A stretch of 63,496 nucleotides of DNA, filler included, from Syncephalis fuscata S228 (lineage: Eukaryota > Fungi > Zoopagomycota): NCBI GenBank assembly GCA_025786725.1. It is 3 parts of 3 records of this genome, joined end to end, with 100 filler letters (N's around TTAATTAATTAA, not from the genome) between each part and the next. Parts side by side here need not be neighbours in the genome. Positions count along the whole stretch, not along the records: positions 25,678 to 36,116 come from JAHLTZ010000297.1; positions 36,217 to 63,496 come from JAHLTZ010000103.1; 1 more part is not named here. One strand, written 5' to 3'. This document shows, one piece after another, positions 25,850 to 38,962 of the stretch (positions within the stretch are counted from its first letter, which is position 1; each line of letters opens with the position of its first letter). Position numbers and translations under genes: made by a program. The notes beneath the pieces were generated by a model. The model worked only from the letters and a program-made list of their open reading frames with translations, did not search any database and had not been told where the DNA came from.

Positions 25850-28800
25850 GAACAATTGAACGGTTGAACCGTCGGACTCACTTCCACCACTTTTGACTCC
25901 ACTCTCTTTTCATTCCTTTTAGTGAACATAAAATTAAAGTACCTGACATCTGGGTCCAAAATACCATCATCATAGATTTATTATCCAGTATGCATATATT
26001 TTTAATCCAACAATATCATTAAGATGTATCTTTACATCCTACTCTTAGTCAATGACAGGTTGAACACTTATATTTATTATGCATTTCAATCAGCTTCACT
26101 CAGTCCGCTCAGTGCGTTATAGCTTTATTATAGTTATTTTTATTATTAATAACTGTTTATTACAATTATTAACCATTTAATGTGATTTGTGTCAAATGGC
26201 TACTTTTGATATTCGCGCAACTGGCCTGCACATTTGTTCTATTGAACATGGGGACGGGTGGTGAGTTTTATTAACGATCAAATCATCACATTTGGTGTGA
26301 TTTGGTGGTTAAATGGCTATTTTGATTATTTACGCGTTTGAACTAAACATTCAACCTATTGAACATGGAGCTGGGTGGTGAGCGACATCAAAGTTTAAAA
26401 CACTTGTCATTATAGATTTATTATCCAGTATGCATATATCTCTATCTACCTACACCACTCCCTTTTATTCCGCACTTCTATGTATCATTCTACGACATAC
26501 TGGACACATTCTGTTCATTAAGCACACCAGCATACTCTACTCATTCCCTCCTTGCGTTATATGCACTATAGTTTGACATTGTTTTATATGTCATTTTACA
26601 CTCGCCCATCTATGCTCAATCCAAAACTGGTTTTATTTTTGTTCTAGCGTTATTATTAACAACTGTCGACTAATGTCGCTCATTGATCATGCATATATGC
26701 TCAGTAACTATACCACTGCTGTCCATACTTTTTACTTTGTATATTCGTTTTATTATCCAGTAAATACGCGCTAGCTATTACCGTTGTCTGTTTGGTTCTA
26801 GCACCACTATTAGAAAAGTTCACGCAAGTTGCTTATCTGCTCATGCATATATGCTCGATAGCTTTAACAAAGCTAGTTGTCTTTTAACTAGCATAGCTGA
26901 TAGCTGTTATGCTATTTTACCGTACAGTTACTATGCGCCATCAATAACTACTGTCAGCTTGACGCCAGCTTTAATATTGACAAGTTTGACTCGTTCCGCT
27001 TAGTCAGTTCCTTTCCAAGGCGCACTATAGCTTTAATGCTGCTACTCACACAATTACTTTTGGTATTTTATTTGCTCCATATTATTGTATGCTTAATGGC
27101 TATGCTTTATTTGCAGAAGCTATACGTTCCTTGTTAGCTGTTTGTTGCAAAGTTTAGCTCTGAGCACTTCTTTTACTCTTTGCACACAAACGCGCAAGTA
27201 GAATAGCCTTCTTACACTGCTAGTGCTCTTTTTGCTGTTTTCCAGTGCTGATATGTTGCAATGGTATCGAACGGGCCAGCGATGAACTGGTATAAGCTAT
27301 TATACCAAATAAAGCTTGTTATTACAAAATAGATATTCGCTATGGGTGTTATGTATACGTGCTTTAAAAGTGTCGTATAGCTTATTGCAGGGTAATCATG
27401 TATTGCGCTATAGCTACTTGAGCACAAGGACAAAGTGTACGTATATTTACCATGTGGCCGTAGACAGTGCTGGCTACTCTATTCGACACAGTTAAAAGCA
27501 ATAATAAACTTGGCCAAAAACAATTTGCTTTAAAGATTTTATTAGATGGATTGCATTAGTATTCAACATATAAGCCATTGGTATTTACTGTAGCTACAAG
27601 CTTGAAACTGGTCCCATTTAGCTGCTTTGCGTGCCGCCTAAATGATCGGCATTGTTTGAAATAAAGCCATAGCTGATATTGCCAAATAGACAGATTTACT
27701 TGCTATGCTACATGTAAAGTTTAGCATAGATCATTTTTACGCTTAGTCGGTTAAAGCCGTGTAATCTAGATTTAATCCATCAGCTTATTGCGTTGTAAAG
27801 AGCTTACCAATATTAATGTTCAGACAATATAATGACAGTAATAAAGACTGTTTTGCAATAAGTGTACAAGAAAAACACACGGTTTACTACATATTACACT
27901 AATAGTTACATGTACTGAAGATTCTACTGGAATGGTTGTAGCTGCTTATACGGAAGACTAAGAGCAATTGCGTAGTACATTGGTCATAGACGGTTTTAGA
28001 CGACTCATGTTTTATTACGACATTTTCCACAACTATCACAATACATAAGCTGGCTTTACCGCTCCTCCGAACCAACACTGCACCTTTATCTTCTCTTTCT
28101 ACTCTTTACCACTCGATATACACTACACTCATTCGCCCTTACTGCCATTTGTTGTCCAATATGCTTTGCACTTGCTAGCCGTCTAATGATTACAAGATCA
28201 CTGCTGGTTGCTGCTATATGTACTAAGGTCGGTAAACGGGCGTGGGAGGTGCGATGCAGTTGTGCCTTTTGGCTATGAAGCACTGGATATGCAGTGTTCT
28301 AGAAGCTATATATCACGCAGTGTGTACCCCAGCATGCTGTAGAAGGCGCTTGTCTGCACATAGTTGATTGGTCTTTTGTATAGTAACATTGGTACGCTTA
28401 CCGTGTGTTTGTTTGCGAGGTTGCCTTGCTGAGTATCTGGCTGTTGAGGCGACATAAGGTTTGCGCTTGAAGATATCTGATATCTGATGGTGCAGAGCAA
28501 ATGTTGTTTGGACAACCACTACTTATTGCGGTGTAGTCAAGCAGCAAACATCATTGGCACATGTGGCTCATCTCGTTTACTGACCCTCTTCAATAGATAT
28601 AGATTTAAGCGATATTTAGATTTGGCAAGAACAGGGCCACAATATGCTGTACAGTCATCCGGTTTGTACTAGTCTATCATTATTTATGTATTTCTTTGTT
28701 TAAATAAATAAATGTAGCATTTCTTATTTATTAACATACTACTATTAGTTGCGTTCATATAAATACAGACATCTTCCCATTTAATAATAGTACTAGTTGT

Positions 28801-29087
28801 TTCTGCTATTGTTATTACACTGATAATAAACAACCTATTAAGCCATTGAATGTGCTTTGAAGGCAAACGATTAAATTTGATGCATCCATGCAGTTGAGCT
28901 AGACAATTGCTCTGTTGAACATAATAACGAGCGGTGAGTGAATCAAAGTTTAAAATATTTATTGGCATAGATGTATTATCCAGTACGCTTATATCCAACA
29001 TTTACTTGTATCATTCGTCTATTATCGCATACTATTATGTATTATTCTACAATACACTAGCCGCATTCTGGTTATTGTATGCGGCAA
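25850..29087. repeat. Left arm of ~3.2-kb near-perfect inverted repeat
   Basis: Reverse complement of 30416-33644. Mirrored ORF pairs in the track (27212-27433/32067-32288, 28086-28283/31219-31416, 28487-28672/30830-31015) are identical or differ by 1 aa. Confidence 0.95.
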
Positions 29088-30415
29088 TATACTTTGCTCA
29101 TTACGCTATATACACTGTTTGACACTGCTTTTATGTTTTTTACCGTACATTTGCTATTCTACATATCATTTTATTATCGTCCATCCTTCATCTATCCAAC
29201 CATATTTATTTTTGCACTAGCTTTATTATTAATAAAATTAAACTATTTTGCTCATGCACATCCACGCTGTTTAACCTTCTGGTAGACAAACCAGCTGTTG
29301 TCAATTAGCAATGGCTTTGGTGCTGATCAACGGAACAATGCGTATTCACAGCAATGGCAAGGCCAACCGGAAATGGTGCAATGGTTGGCTCACAGCTTTA
29401 AACCTTGGGTTTATCTCAACTTAGCTTTTGATGCTGTTATATATTCATATCAAAAAGTGGGACTGTTGGGAAGGTACTGAGCGATATACAGTGTGGACTG
29501 AGGCCAACATAAGTGAAATGGAGCAAGTATGGTGTGCAGTGCACTATTACATAGACAAATACGTAGAAGCAACGCAGGGAAGCAAGTGATGCGTAAACTA
29601 CGTAAAACTACGTAAAATAAACAAAATACAGTAGCTGAAATACAAGTAATGACCTGCGAGGACCATACTAAGCGGCCCTTAGCTGAAATGGCTACAGTGG
29701 CTACAGTGGCTGCACTAGAATAGGCTGAATTGATAGCTAATAGCCAATATACCATACACTGATCAATGCACTATCATAATAAACAAACTACATCAGTAAA
29801 TAAACAAATTTATCTGTATACTTATTATTTATACCAATATTTAACCAATATTACTCTGATATGCATGTACAATTCTGGATAAAATACTAAGTATTTGCAC
29901 ATCTCATTTTATTGGCTTAGTATGGCCATAATTGTCGTTTGAGTAGGCAGAATCAATTGGACTGCAGTATATTTTTAGTTAATTTACTGTTAATTTTCTA
30001 GTATGTCTAATTGTAACCGTGTAACATGGGCATTAGCAAAATGAGTGTAATAAGTGGCCAACTTTAAAGATAAAGCTAGGGTAAAATGGACAACGCCAAT
30101 CGATGTAGTGTGGCCAATATACTGTATAACAATATATAACAACACTCTATAAATATAAAGTATATAATATTTATGTCAAATCTACAGTACTAAAGCTACA
30201 GTGTACCAATATGGCCATTCAAGCGCCCGCACAAATGGTGTTAATGCTACAGCGCCTTTCCGATGCCAAAAGCGCTAAAACATAAAAGAGCACTTATTTA
30301 ATAATAGATCTGGAATCAAAACAACAATGGCGTTGCATAGCTCTTATGCGTTATACAATAAACAGCATACAATTTAGTGAATGTACAGCGTAATAGTTGG
30401 GATGAGTGAGGTGTG
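29088..30415. other. 1.33-kb non-palindromic central spacer
   Basis: Mirror identity stops at ...TATGCGGCAA (29087) and TTGCCGCATA... (30416). The spacer has no credible ORF and contains diverged family-F sequence. Confidence 0.85.
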
Positions 30416-33400
30416 TTGCCGCATACAATAACCAGAATGCGGCTAGTGTATTGTAGAATAATACATAATAGTATGCGATAATAGACGAATGATACAAGTA
30501 AATGTTGGATATAAGCGTACTGGATAATACATCTATGCCAATAAATATTTTAAACTTTGATTCACCACCGCTCGTTATTATGTTCAACAGAGCAATTGTC
30601 TAGCTCAACTGCATGGATGCATCAAATTTAATCGTTTGCCTTCAAAGCACATTCAATGGCTTAATAGGTTGTTTATTATCAGTGTAATAACAATAGCAGA
30701 AACAACTAGTACTATTATTAAATGGGAAGATGTCTGTATTTATATGAACGCAACTAATAGTAGTATGTTAATAAATAAGAAATGCTACATTTATTTATTT
30801 AAACAAAGAAATACATAAATAATGATAGACTAGTACAAACCGGATGACTGTACAGCATATTGTGGCCCTGTTCTTGCCAAATCTAAATATCGCTTAAATC
30901 TATATCTATTGAAGAGGGTCAGTAAACGAGATGAGCCACATGTGCCAATGATGTTTGCTGCTTGACTACACCGCAATAAGTAGTGGTTGTCCAAACAACA
31001 TTTGCTCTGCACCATCAGATATCAGATATCTTCAAGCGCAAACCTTATGTCGCCTCAACAGCCAGATACTCAGCAAGGCAACCTCGCAAACAAACACACG
31101 GTAAGCGTACCAATGTTACTATACAAAAGACCAATCAACTATGTGCAGACAAGCGCCTTCTACAGCATGCTGGGGTACACACTGCGTGATATATAGCTTC
31201 TAGAACACTGCATATCCAGTGCTTCATAGCCAAAAGGCACAACTGCATCGCACCTCCCACGCCCGTTTACCGACCTTAGTACATATAACAGCAACCAGCA
31301 GTGATCTTGTAATCATTAGACGGCTAGCAAGTGCAAAGCATATTGGACAACAAATGGCAGTAAGGGCGAATGAGTGTAGCGTATATCGAGTGGTAAAGAG
31401 TAGAAAGAGAAGATAAAGGTGCAATGTTGGTTCGGAGGAGCGGTAAAGCCAGCTTATGTATTGTGATAGTTGTGGAAAATGTCGTAATAAAACATGAGTC
31501 GTCTAAAACCGTCTATGACCAATGTACTACGCAATTGCTCTTAGTCTTCCGTATAAGCAGCTACAACCATTCCAGTAGAATCTTCAGTACATGTAACTAT
31601 TAGTGTAATATGTAGTAAACCGTGTGTTTTTTTGTACACTTATTGCAAAACAGTCTTTATTGCTGTCATTATATTGTCTGAACATTAATATTGGTAAGCT
31701 CTTTACAACGCAATAAGCTGATGGATTAAATCTAGATTACACGGCTTAACCGACTAAGCGTAAAAATGATCTATGCTAAACTTTACATGTAGCATAGCAA
31801 GTAAATCTGTCTATTTGGCAATACCAGCTATGGCTTTATTTCAAACAATGCCGATCATTTAGGCGGCACGCAAAGCAGCTAAATGGGACCAGTTTCAAGC
31901 TTGTAGCTACAGTAAATACCAATGGCTTATATGTTGAATACTAATGCAATCCATCTAATAAAATCTTTAAAGCAAATTGTTTTTGGCCAAGTTTATTATT
32001 GCTTTTAACTGTGTCGAATAGAGTAGCCAGCACTGTCTACGGCCACATGGTAAATATACGTACACTTTGTCCTTGTGCTCAAGTAGCTATAGCGCAATAC
32101 ATGATTACCCTGCAATAAGCTATACGACACTTTTAAAGCTCGTATACATAACACCCATAGCGAATATCTATTTTGTAATAACAAGCTTTATTTGGTATAA
32201 TAGCTTATACCAGTTCATCGCTGGCCCGTTCGATACCATTGCAACATATCAGCACTGGAAAACAGCAAAAAGAGCACTAGCAGTGTAAGAAGGCTATTCT
32301 ACTTGCGCGTTTGTGTGCAAAGAGTAAAAGAAGTGCTCAGAGCTAAATTTGCAACAAACAGCTAACAAGGAACGTATAGCTTCTGCAAATAAAGCATAGC
32401 CATTAAGCATACAATAATATGGAGCAAATAAAATACCAAAAGTAATTGTGTGAGTAGCAGCATTAAAGCTATAGTGCGCCTTGAGAAGGAATGACTAAGC
32501 GGAACGAGTCAAACTTGTCAATATTAAAGCTGGCGTCAAGCTGACAGTAGTTATTGATGGCGCATAGTAACTGTACGGTAAAATAGCATAACAGCTATCA
32601 GCTATGCTAGTTAAAAGACAACTAGCTTTGTTAAAGCTATCGAGCATATATGCATGAGCAGATAAGCAACTTGCGTGAACTTTTCTAATAATGGTGCTAG
32701 AACCAAACAGACAACGGTAATAGCTAGCGCGTATTTACTGGATAATAAAACGAATATACAAAGTAAAAAGTATGGACAGCAGTGGTATAGCTACTGAGCA
32801 TATATGCATGATCAATGAGCGACATTAGTCGACAGTTGTTAATAATAACGCTAGAACAAAAATAAAACCAGTTTTGGATTGAGCATAGATGGGCGAGTGT
32901 AAAATGACATATAAAACGATGTCAAACTATAGTGCATATAACGCAAGGAGGGAATGAGTGTGCTGGTGTGCTTAATGAACAGAATGTGTCCAGTATGTCG
33001 TAGAATGATACATAGAAGTGCGGAATAAAAGGGAGTGGTGTAGGTAGATAGAGATATATGCATACTGGATAATAAATCTATAATGACAAGTGTTTTAAAC
33101 TTTGATGTCGCTCACCACCCAGCTCCATGTTCAATAGGTTGAATGTTTAGTTCAAACGCGTAAATAATCAAAATAGCCATTTAACCACCAAATCACACCA
33201 AATGTGATGATTTGATCGTTAATAAAACTCACCACCCGTCCCCATGTTCAATAGAACAAATGTGCAGGCCAGTTGCGCGAATATCAAAAGTAGCCGTTTG
33301 ACACAAATCACATTAAATGGTTAATAATTGTAATAAACAGTTATAATAATAAAAAATAACTATAATAAAGCTATAACGCACTGAGCGGACTGAGTGAAGC

Positions 33401-33644
33401 TGATTGAAATGCATAATAAATATAAGTGTTCAACCTGTCATTGACTAAGAGTAGGATGTAAAGATACATCTTAATGATATTGTTGGATTAAAAATATATG
33501 CATACTGGATAATAAATCTATGATGATGGTATTTTGGACCCAGATGTCAGGTACTTTAATTTTATGTTCACTAAAAGGAATGAAAAGAGAGTGGAGTCAA
33601 AAGTGGTGGAAGTGAGTCCGACGGTTCAACCGTTCAATTGTTCA
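30416..33644. repeat. Right arm of ~3.2-kb near-perfect inverted repeat
   Basis: Reverse complement of 25850-29087 with a few substitutions and indels (e.g. near 30563, 31287, 32140, 32484, and a 5-bp indel near 32960). Confidence 0.95.
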
Positions 33645-34113
33645 ACGGTAAATGGTGGTGGCAAAATGGTGAAATGGTGGTGGCAGAACGGTGAAATGGT
33701 GATGGCAGAACGGTGAAATGGTGGTGGCAGAACGCTAAAATGGTGGTGGCAGAACGGTGAAATGGTGGTGGCAGAACGCTAAAATGGTGGTGGCAGAACG
33801 GTGACTGAGGTGGCAGAACGGTGAAATGGTGGTGGTAGAACGGTGAAATGGTGATGGCAGAACGGTGGAATGGTGGTGGCAGAACGCTAAAATGGTGGTG
33901 GCAGAACGGTGGACTGATGGTGGCAGAACGGTGAAATGATGATGGCAGAACGGTGAAATGGTGGTGCAGAACGCTAAAATGGTGGTGGCAGAACGGTGGA
34001 CTGATGGTGCAGAACGGTGAAATGGTGGTGGCAGAACAGCGGTATTCCACCATCTCACCGTTTTGCCAGTTCACCGTCCTGCCACTACCATTCTGCCATT
34101 CCGCCATTCTGCC
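33645..34113 (+). repeat. 22-bp tandem array (~17.5 units) followed by short inverted degenerate units
   Basis: GGTGGTGGCAGAACGGTGAAAT with variants (..GCTAAAAT, ..GGTGGACT) from 33654 to 34037; C-strand units CCACCATCTCACCGTTTTGCC etc. at 34047-34113. Confidence 0.93.
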
Positions 34114-34559
34114 TTGACAGTCTCTGACTATCGACTATCAGTCTACATTTAAAGCATTTGCCGTTTCTTTGAAGCTACAGGTAAGCATTGTTATGTTTTA
34201 TTAAATATGTATTATTGTGCGGACAAAGACGGTGTAGCACAAATAGCCATGTACGCTTTTATAATCGGCTGTTTACTATGGTAAGACAACTGGCGCTGCT
34301 ATGTAATAAATACTTGCTTATTTTTACTTCAAACTACTTACCATTTAATCAACTGTTATTTTTACATAGATTTTAGGTATGCAGTGTTAGTGTTGCTGTT
34401 TGCATTCATGCACTGTGTTTTGTTTTCAAATAATACTAGCTTTTAACAAGATCACAAGCCTTCTTCCTTGCCGTGTTATAATATGGAATAATATAGATTC
34501 AAATGAATGGTCAAATAAAGTGTAAAATAATGGCAATAAAGGTATAGTATGCGTATTGC

Positions 34560-35000
34560 ACAAGCAATCAAGTAAAATATACAAACAATACGGCGAGTAA
34601 CAAATAAACGAGTTTTATCAATAAGACATGATGAGTATAGTTTAGAATAGAATCAATGGATAAAATAATAGTGAAGATATACATAGACGATTAAGTAAGT
34701 ACAATAAATTGAACCTATAGCAATAAAGCTAGCGGCAATAAAATACCTGCTGTAAATGGGTTGTGCTTATTATATGATCGATCGATATATGACTTAATAA
34801 ATACAGAATAGTAATGATATGGGTGGATAGAAGGCATATGCATACTAAATACTAAATCTATAATGACGAGTATTTTAATGGCTAATGCCATCCACCACAC
34901 AGTTTCATGCCCAATAGATTGGATGTTGTTAAATTTAGCCATTTATCTTTCAAATCATACTAGATCATCAGCAAATTGTTTAATATTATTATACTAGGCT
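34560..35000 (+). repeat. Dispersed family F copy
   Basis: 34805-34980 aligns with 15770-15965 (GAATAGTAATGATATGGGTGGATA...CATACTAAATACTAAA.CTATAAT) and with 33057-33190. Confidence 0.65.
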
Positions 35001-36116
35001 TAACACAATCAAACCAATCAAACGAACCACTATTGCTATTATTAAAATGACCAGTGTGGGTGTAGCTTTATAGAATGTAACTATTTTTAGTATACTAGCA
35101 GTATAGTACAATTCAAATAATTGAATGGCATAACAAAGCTACTAGACACTATACTAATGTTGATTTATAGCATATTTATTTAGTTAAAGGATGCTAAATG
35201 TTAAAGCGTTTATAAAAAAGTAGCTGTATTTGCTACTACCTATAATCAGGTTAGGCATGGCATTACAATGGGAATCAGCACTATGATATAAGCATCATGT
35301 CAAATAGTTGACCTCCATATACACACACATTCAACGATACAAGAAGGCAACAGCAATGGCAATGTATATAGCGAGTATAAGTACGACAACCACCGCTCGT
35401 TATAGTTGCAATGTTGGTGGTAATATTCAACTGACATCAGCGGCGATCAATGTCAATACACGCCAGCAAGCTGCACATATTAGCTACTGTATTAATAAGC
35501 AGTATAGTTAAGCAACATACAGCAGCATACAGCAGCATACAGCTGTTGAAACGCATGTTAGTACGCATGCAACACCAGCGATTGATTCTATGCTATAATT
35601 ACAAAATAAATAGTAGCGTCATTATGGTTGATTGTAATCAAAATACGTGCCGACGGCCAATATATATTAAATATTGTTAATATTTAATGCTAATATTGCC
35701 ATTTCTATTTGTGGTGCCTTTTCACGATTTTTCCAACATATGTCAGTTATATGCGCCAATGCGTCAACGCCATGCGGTTATAGTAGATGCTATTACGTAT
35801 TTCTAGCTGTATGATTGATAGAATCAAGAATTGGTAAAGTTAATTAATAAAGGCTATAATAGTCCTTTTTTTGTTATTTTGACAATAAAAGCCCACACAA
35901 ATACTAATTAAAAAATGTATCGATTGCTTAATAGATAGCCAATTGCAACTTGACAGTATCAATCCCTGTAGCCATAATTGACCGTTAACAATTGCCGTCG
36001 ATTTGCTAGTTATGTCGGCCAACCAACAGCGTCGGTGACATGATATAATTAATAAATATATTAATGATTGGTATTGCATATAGCTACAGTATGTGTGTAA
36101 TAGCACAATAGCACGC

Positions 36117-36216
36117 NNNNNNNNNNNNNNNNNNNNNNNNNNNNNNNNNNNNNNNNNNNNTTAATTAATTAANNNNNNNNNNNNNNNNNNNNNNNNNNNN
36201 NNNNNNNNNNNNNNNN
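36117..36216. other. Artificial contig-joining spacer (six-frame stop linker)
   Basis: N44-TTAATTAATTAA-N44. Confidence 0.97.
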
Positions 36217-36344
36217 CGATCGACTAAATCTGTTCTAGTTGGTAGACTTAATCGACTTGAACGGGCCAGTCGACAGGTACATTTATCATTATGGGCAATG
36301 AATCATTGTCATCATTGTCAGCATTGTAGCATTGTCAACATTAA

Positions 36345-38706
36345 GTGATAAACAAGGATGCCGATGAAGACAATGAAGATGACTGTGATTACGAGGATTA
36401 TGACTATGATGATGACTATGACTATGACTATGAGGATAGTATAGGCGATGAAAGCTTTATGACTGACTACTCAGTGGATGACAGTTTAATGAACGAGACA
36501 CCAGTAGTAAAGGCCCAAGTACTAAGAGCCACTCGTGTTGTATCAGTAGCAGTACAGAACTTTTCACTGGCTAATGGTGGACATGGTATTTTAAGCAGCA
36601 GTAATAGTAACAACAGTACTAAATCAGCACCACAGCCTGTACCTGCACTGCCTAATCTAAAGAAGCATTAAATAAATTGATTGAAGAAGAGAATAATAAC
36701 AATTATGATGATGATGAAGAAGGCGATATTTTACCTAATGATCTGCCTTCAATGTCTAATCAACTTTATACACGCAATGCTCATTTAGCCGGCAATACCA
36801 GCTTACTAGGACGATCCCACTCAACGGTGGTGCGTTCTAGACATCTACCGGTATAACCGCCACACAGGATCAACAAGAACAGCTAAAGGCATTAAAATTA
36901 TCACTGCAACGAGAACGATCCCAAGTAGCCATTCAGCTAACCGATTTACAGGCGCAGGCCGCCTATCTTGCTGAAGATAAACGACGACTACAAGAACGAT
37001 GGATCGATATGATGGCCCGTCGACTTGAAGCGTGTGATCAAATGATTGATCGTGTACAAACTGGTCGACCTGTAGCTCATGTTTCAAGTACAGATCGCAT
37101 TTTACTTGATCAATCCGAACAACGAGATGCCCAAGCTTTATTAAAAATGCAAGCGGCCAATTTAGTACGCGCTGGTAAAACACCTGATTGGGCTCTACCT
37201 ATTTCAAGTCGTACATCACCCTCTGTTGCACTAGTACCAGCGGAACAACAACAGCCAGTGGTAGCTGAAGAAGAAGAAGAAGAAGAAGAAGAAGAAAAAG
37301 AAAAAGAAGAAGGAATGGAGGAAGAAGTGGGTAATACGACGCTGGCAACAGATCTGTTATCAGAATTGACTGATTCAATTCATGAAGAATTTTTATCAGA
37401 TTCACGAAGAGGTACTCAGATTATTGATACAGCGCCCATTACTACTATTGTTAATACAGTGGAACCCATTACTGTTGTTGATACAGTAGAGAAAGTATCT
37501 CAAAAAACAACACCCATATTCCCACCACAAAAGAACCCAGATCGACAGATACAAAAGAGTTCTGATCAATCAACTATTGTACCTACTATTACAACACCAA
37601 TGCCATCACCACCAATGGTATCACCGCCATTACAATCACCGCCATTACAAATTACTAAAGAGCAAACAAGCAGTAGATTATTTGCTACACCACAACGTGC
37701 ACCATCAATGGACGCAGCGAATGTACCGTATCGACCACCATCGATTATGGTTAAAGGCAATCAAGCGGGTGGTAAATCATCTGCTGCCTATAAACGGGCC
37801 ACTGTCTATCCTTGTAGTGCTGAAGCGGATAGTAGTATTACCAATAGTGTGGGATGTGGTGGTGTAGCAGGTCGGCCTGTATTAAATGCTGCTATGAATT
37901 TATTGCCGACAGATAATGTGGCACTTGTACCGATGAATAACGGTGATGCCCAAGAACAAGAACAGCCAATCTTTACAGGTCGTCTCTATAAATTGGGTCG
38001 TAATCGTCATTGGCAACGACGAGAATTCCGTTTTGATGGTTCCTATCTTGTATGCTTGCGGCCTCGTCGTGAGCGATTGGCTGCCAATACAGTACGTCTA
38101 CTTAAGCCACAATCACCCGATGATGGCTTCTATGATACAAAGCCCCCTCTACCTATGGTAGGACATCCGCTTATTGCTACTGAAACAGCCGATGGCAGTG
38201 GATGGGTTCGTTATTACCAAGCACCTAAATGGGTCATTCCTATTGCCGATATGGAGGAGATTTCACTAGTGACACGACGTGGCATTAAAGTACGTGAGTG
38301 CTTTGCCATTGTTACACGCGAGCGACAATATGTGTTGCGAGGTCGTGATCGTCGTGAGCTAGCGTGTTGGCTATTCCTACTTAAACGTATGGTGAATGCA
38401 CGTCGACGGGCTGAACTTGTCGCGGCCACGGCTGAACTCGAGGCAGCTCAAGCATTGGCCGCATCACAAAGTATGATAGCACCGATAACAACCCCTTCAC
38501 TGGATAATAATCGTATTAGTCGTGCAACAGCCACAACAATGCAATCCAATAATAGCCGACTCGCTTTAGGTATTAATCCCAAGACGGTCGCGGCTGTGGC
38601 CAGTGCCGATGTTGTGTCCAATCAATGGCGACGATCTGTCGGCGAATTATTAGGATTTGATCCAAATGCACGTAGTTCATTACGTGGTACACATAACCTA
38701 TCTTAA
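36345..38706 (+). CDS. Large low-complexity protein with C-terminal split PH domain; 5'-truncated with apparent frameshift errors
   Basis: ORF 37009-38706 contains IFTGRLYKLGRNRHWQRREFRFDGSYLVCL...WVIPIADM.EI......CFAIVTRERQYVLRG.DRREL..WL, a PH fold with an insert. Coding-like acidic segments at 36345-37000 lie in shifting frames. Confidence 0.7.
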
Positions 38707-38962
38707 GTGCTCGTTTCTAGTATAGTGACATTCAAATAGCCGTATTACTTTATGTTTGTTTACATGACCCGCGTTTCTATTCTTTATTATTATAATAATA
38801 TTATTAGACAATAATTCAATAGTGTAATCATAGTGTTGTACAATAAGCAGTTACACGATATATTTATATTTTTGATAGTTAATAATAGCAAAGTGTACAA
38901 GTGTGTATGTGTGTGTTGATTATGTAATGATATGTTGATTTATAAACACTTGTAATGAATAA

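Noticed and set aside
33645-34037. CRISPR-like array
   Set aside because: Units are contiguous with no unique spacers; eukaryotic context and no cas genes.
33534-34107. His/Trp-rich ORFs over the arrays (also 25630-25959)
   Set aside because: They are translations of the 22-bp repeat, whose length is not a multiple of 3; no coding signature.
36660-37010. Programmed frameshifting or pseudogenisation (also LeuRS ~50852, UFD2 ~22919, MFS ~60602)
   Set aside because: Single-base indels at short homopolymers, including in essential genes, are best explained as sequencing or assembly errors.
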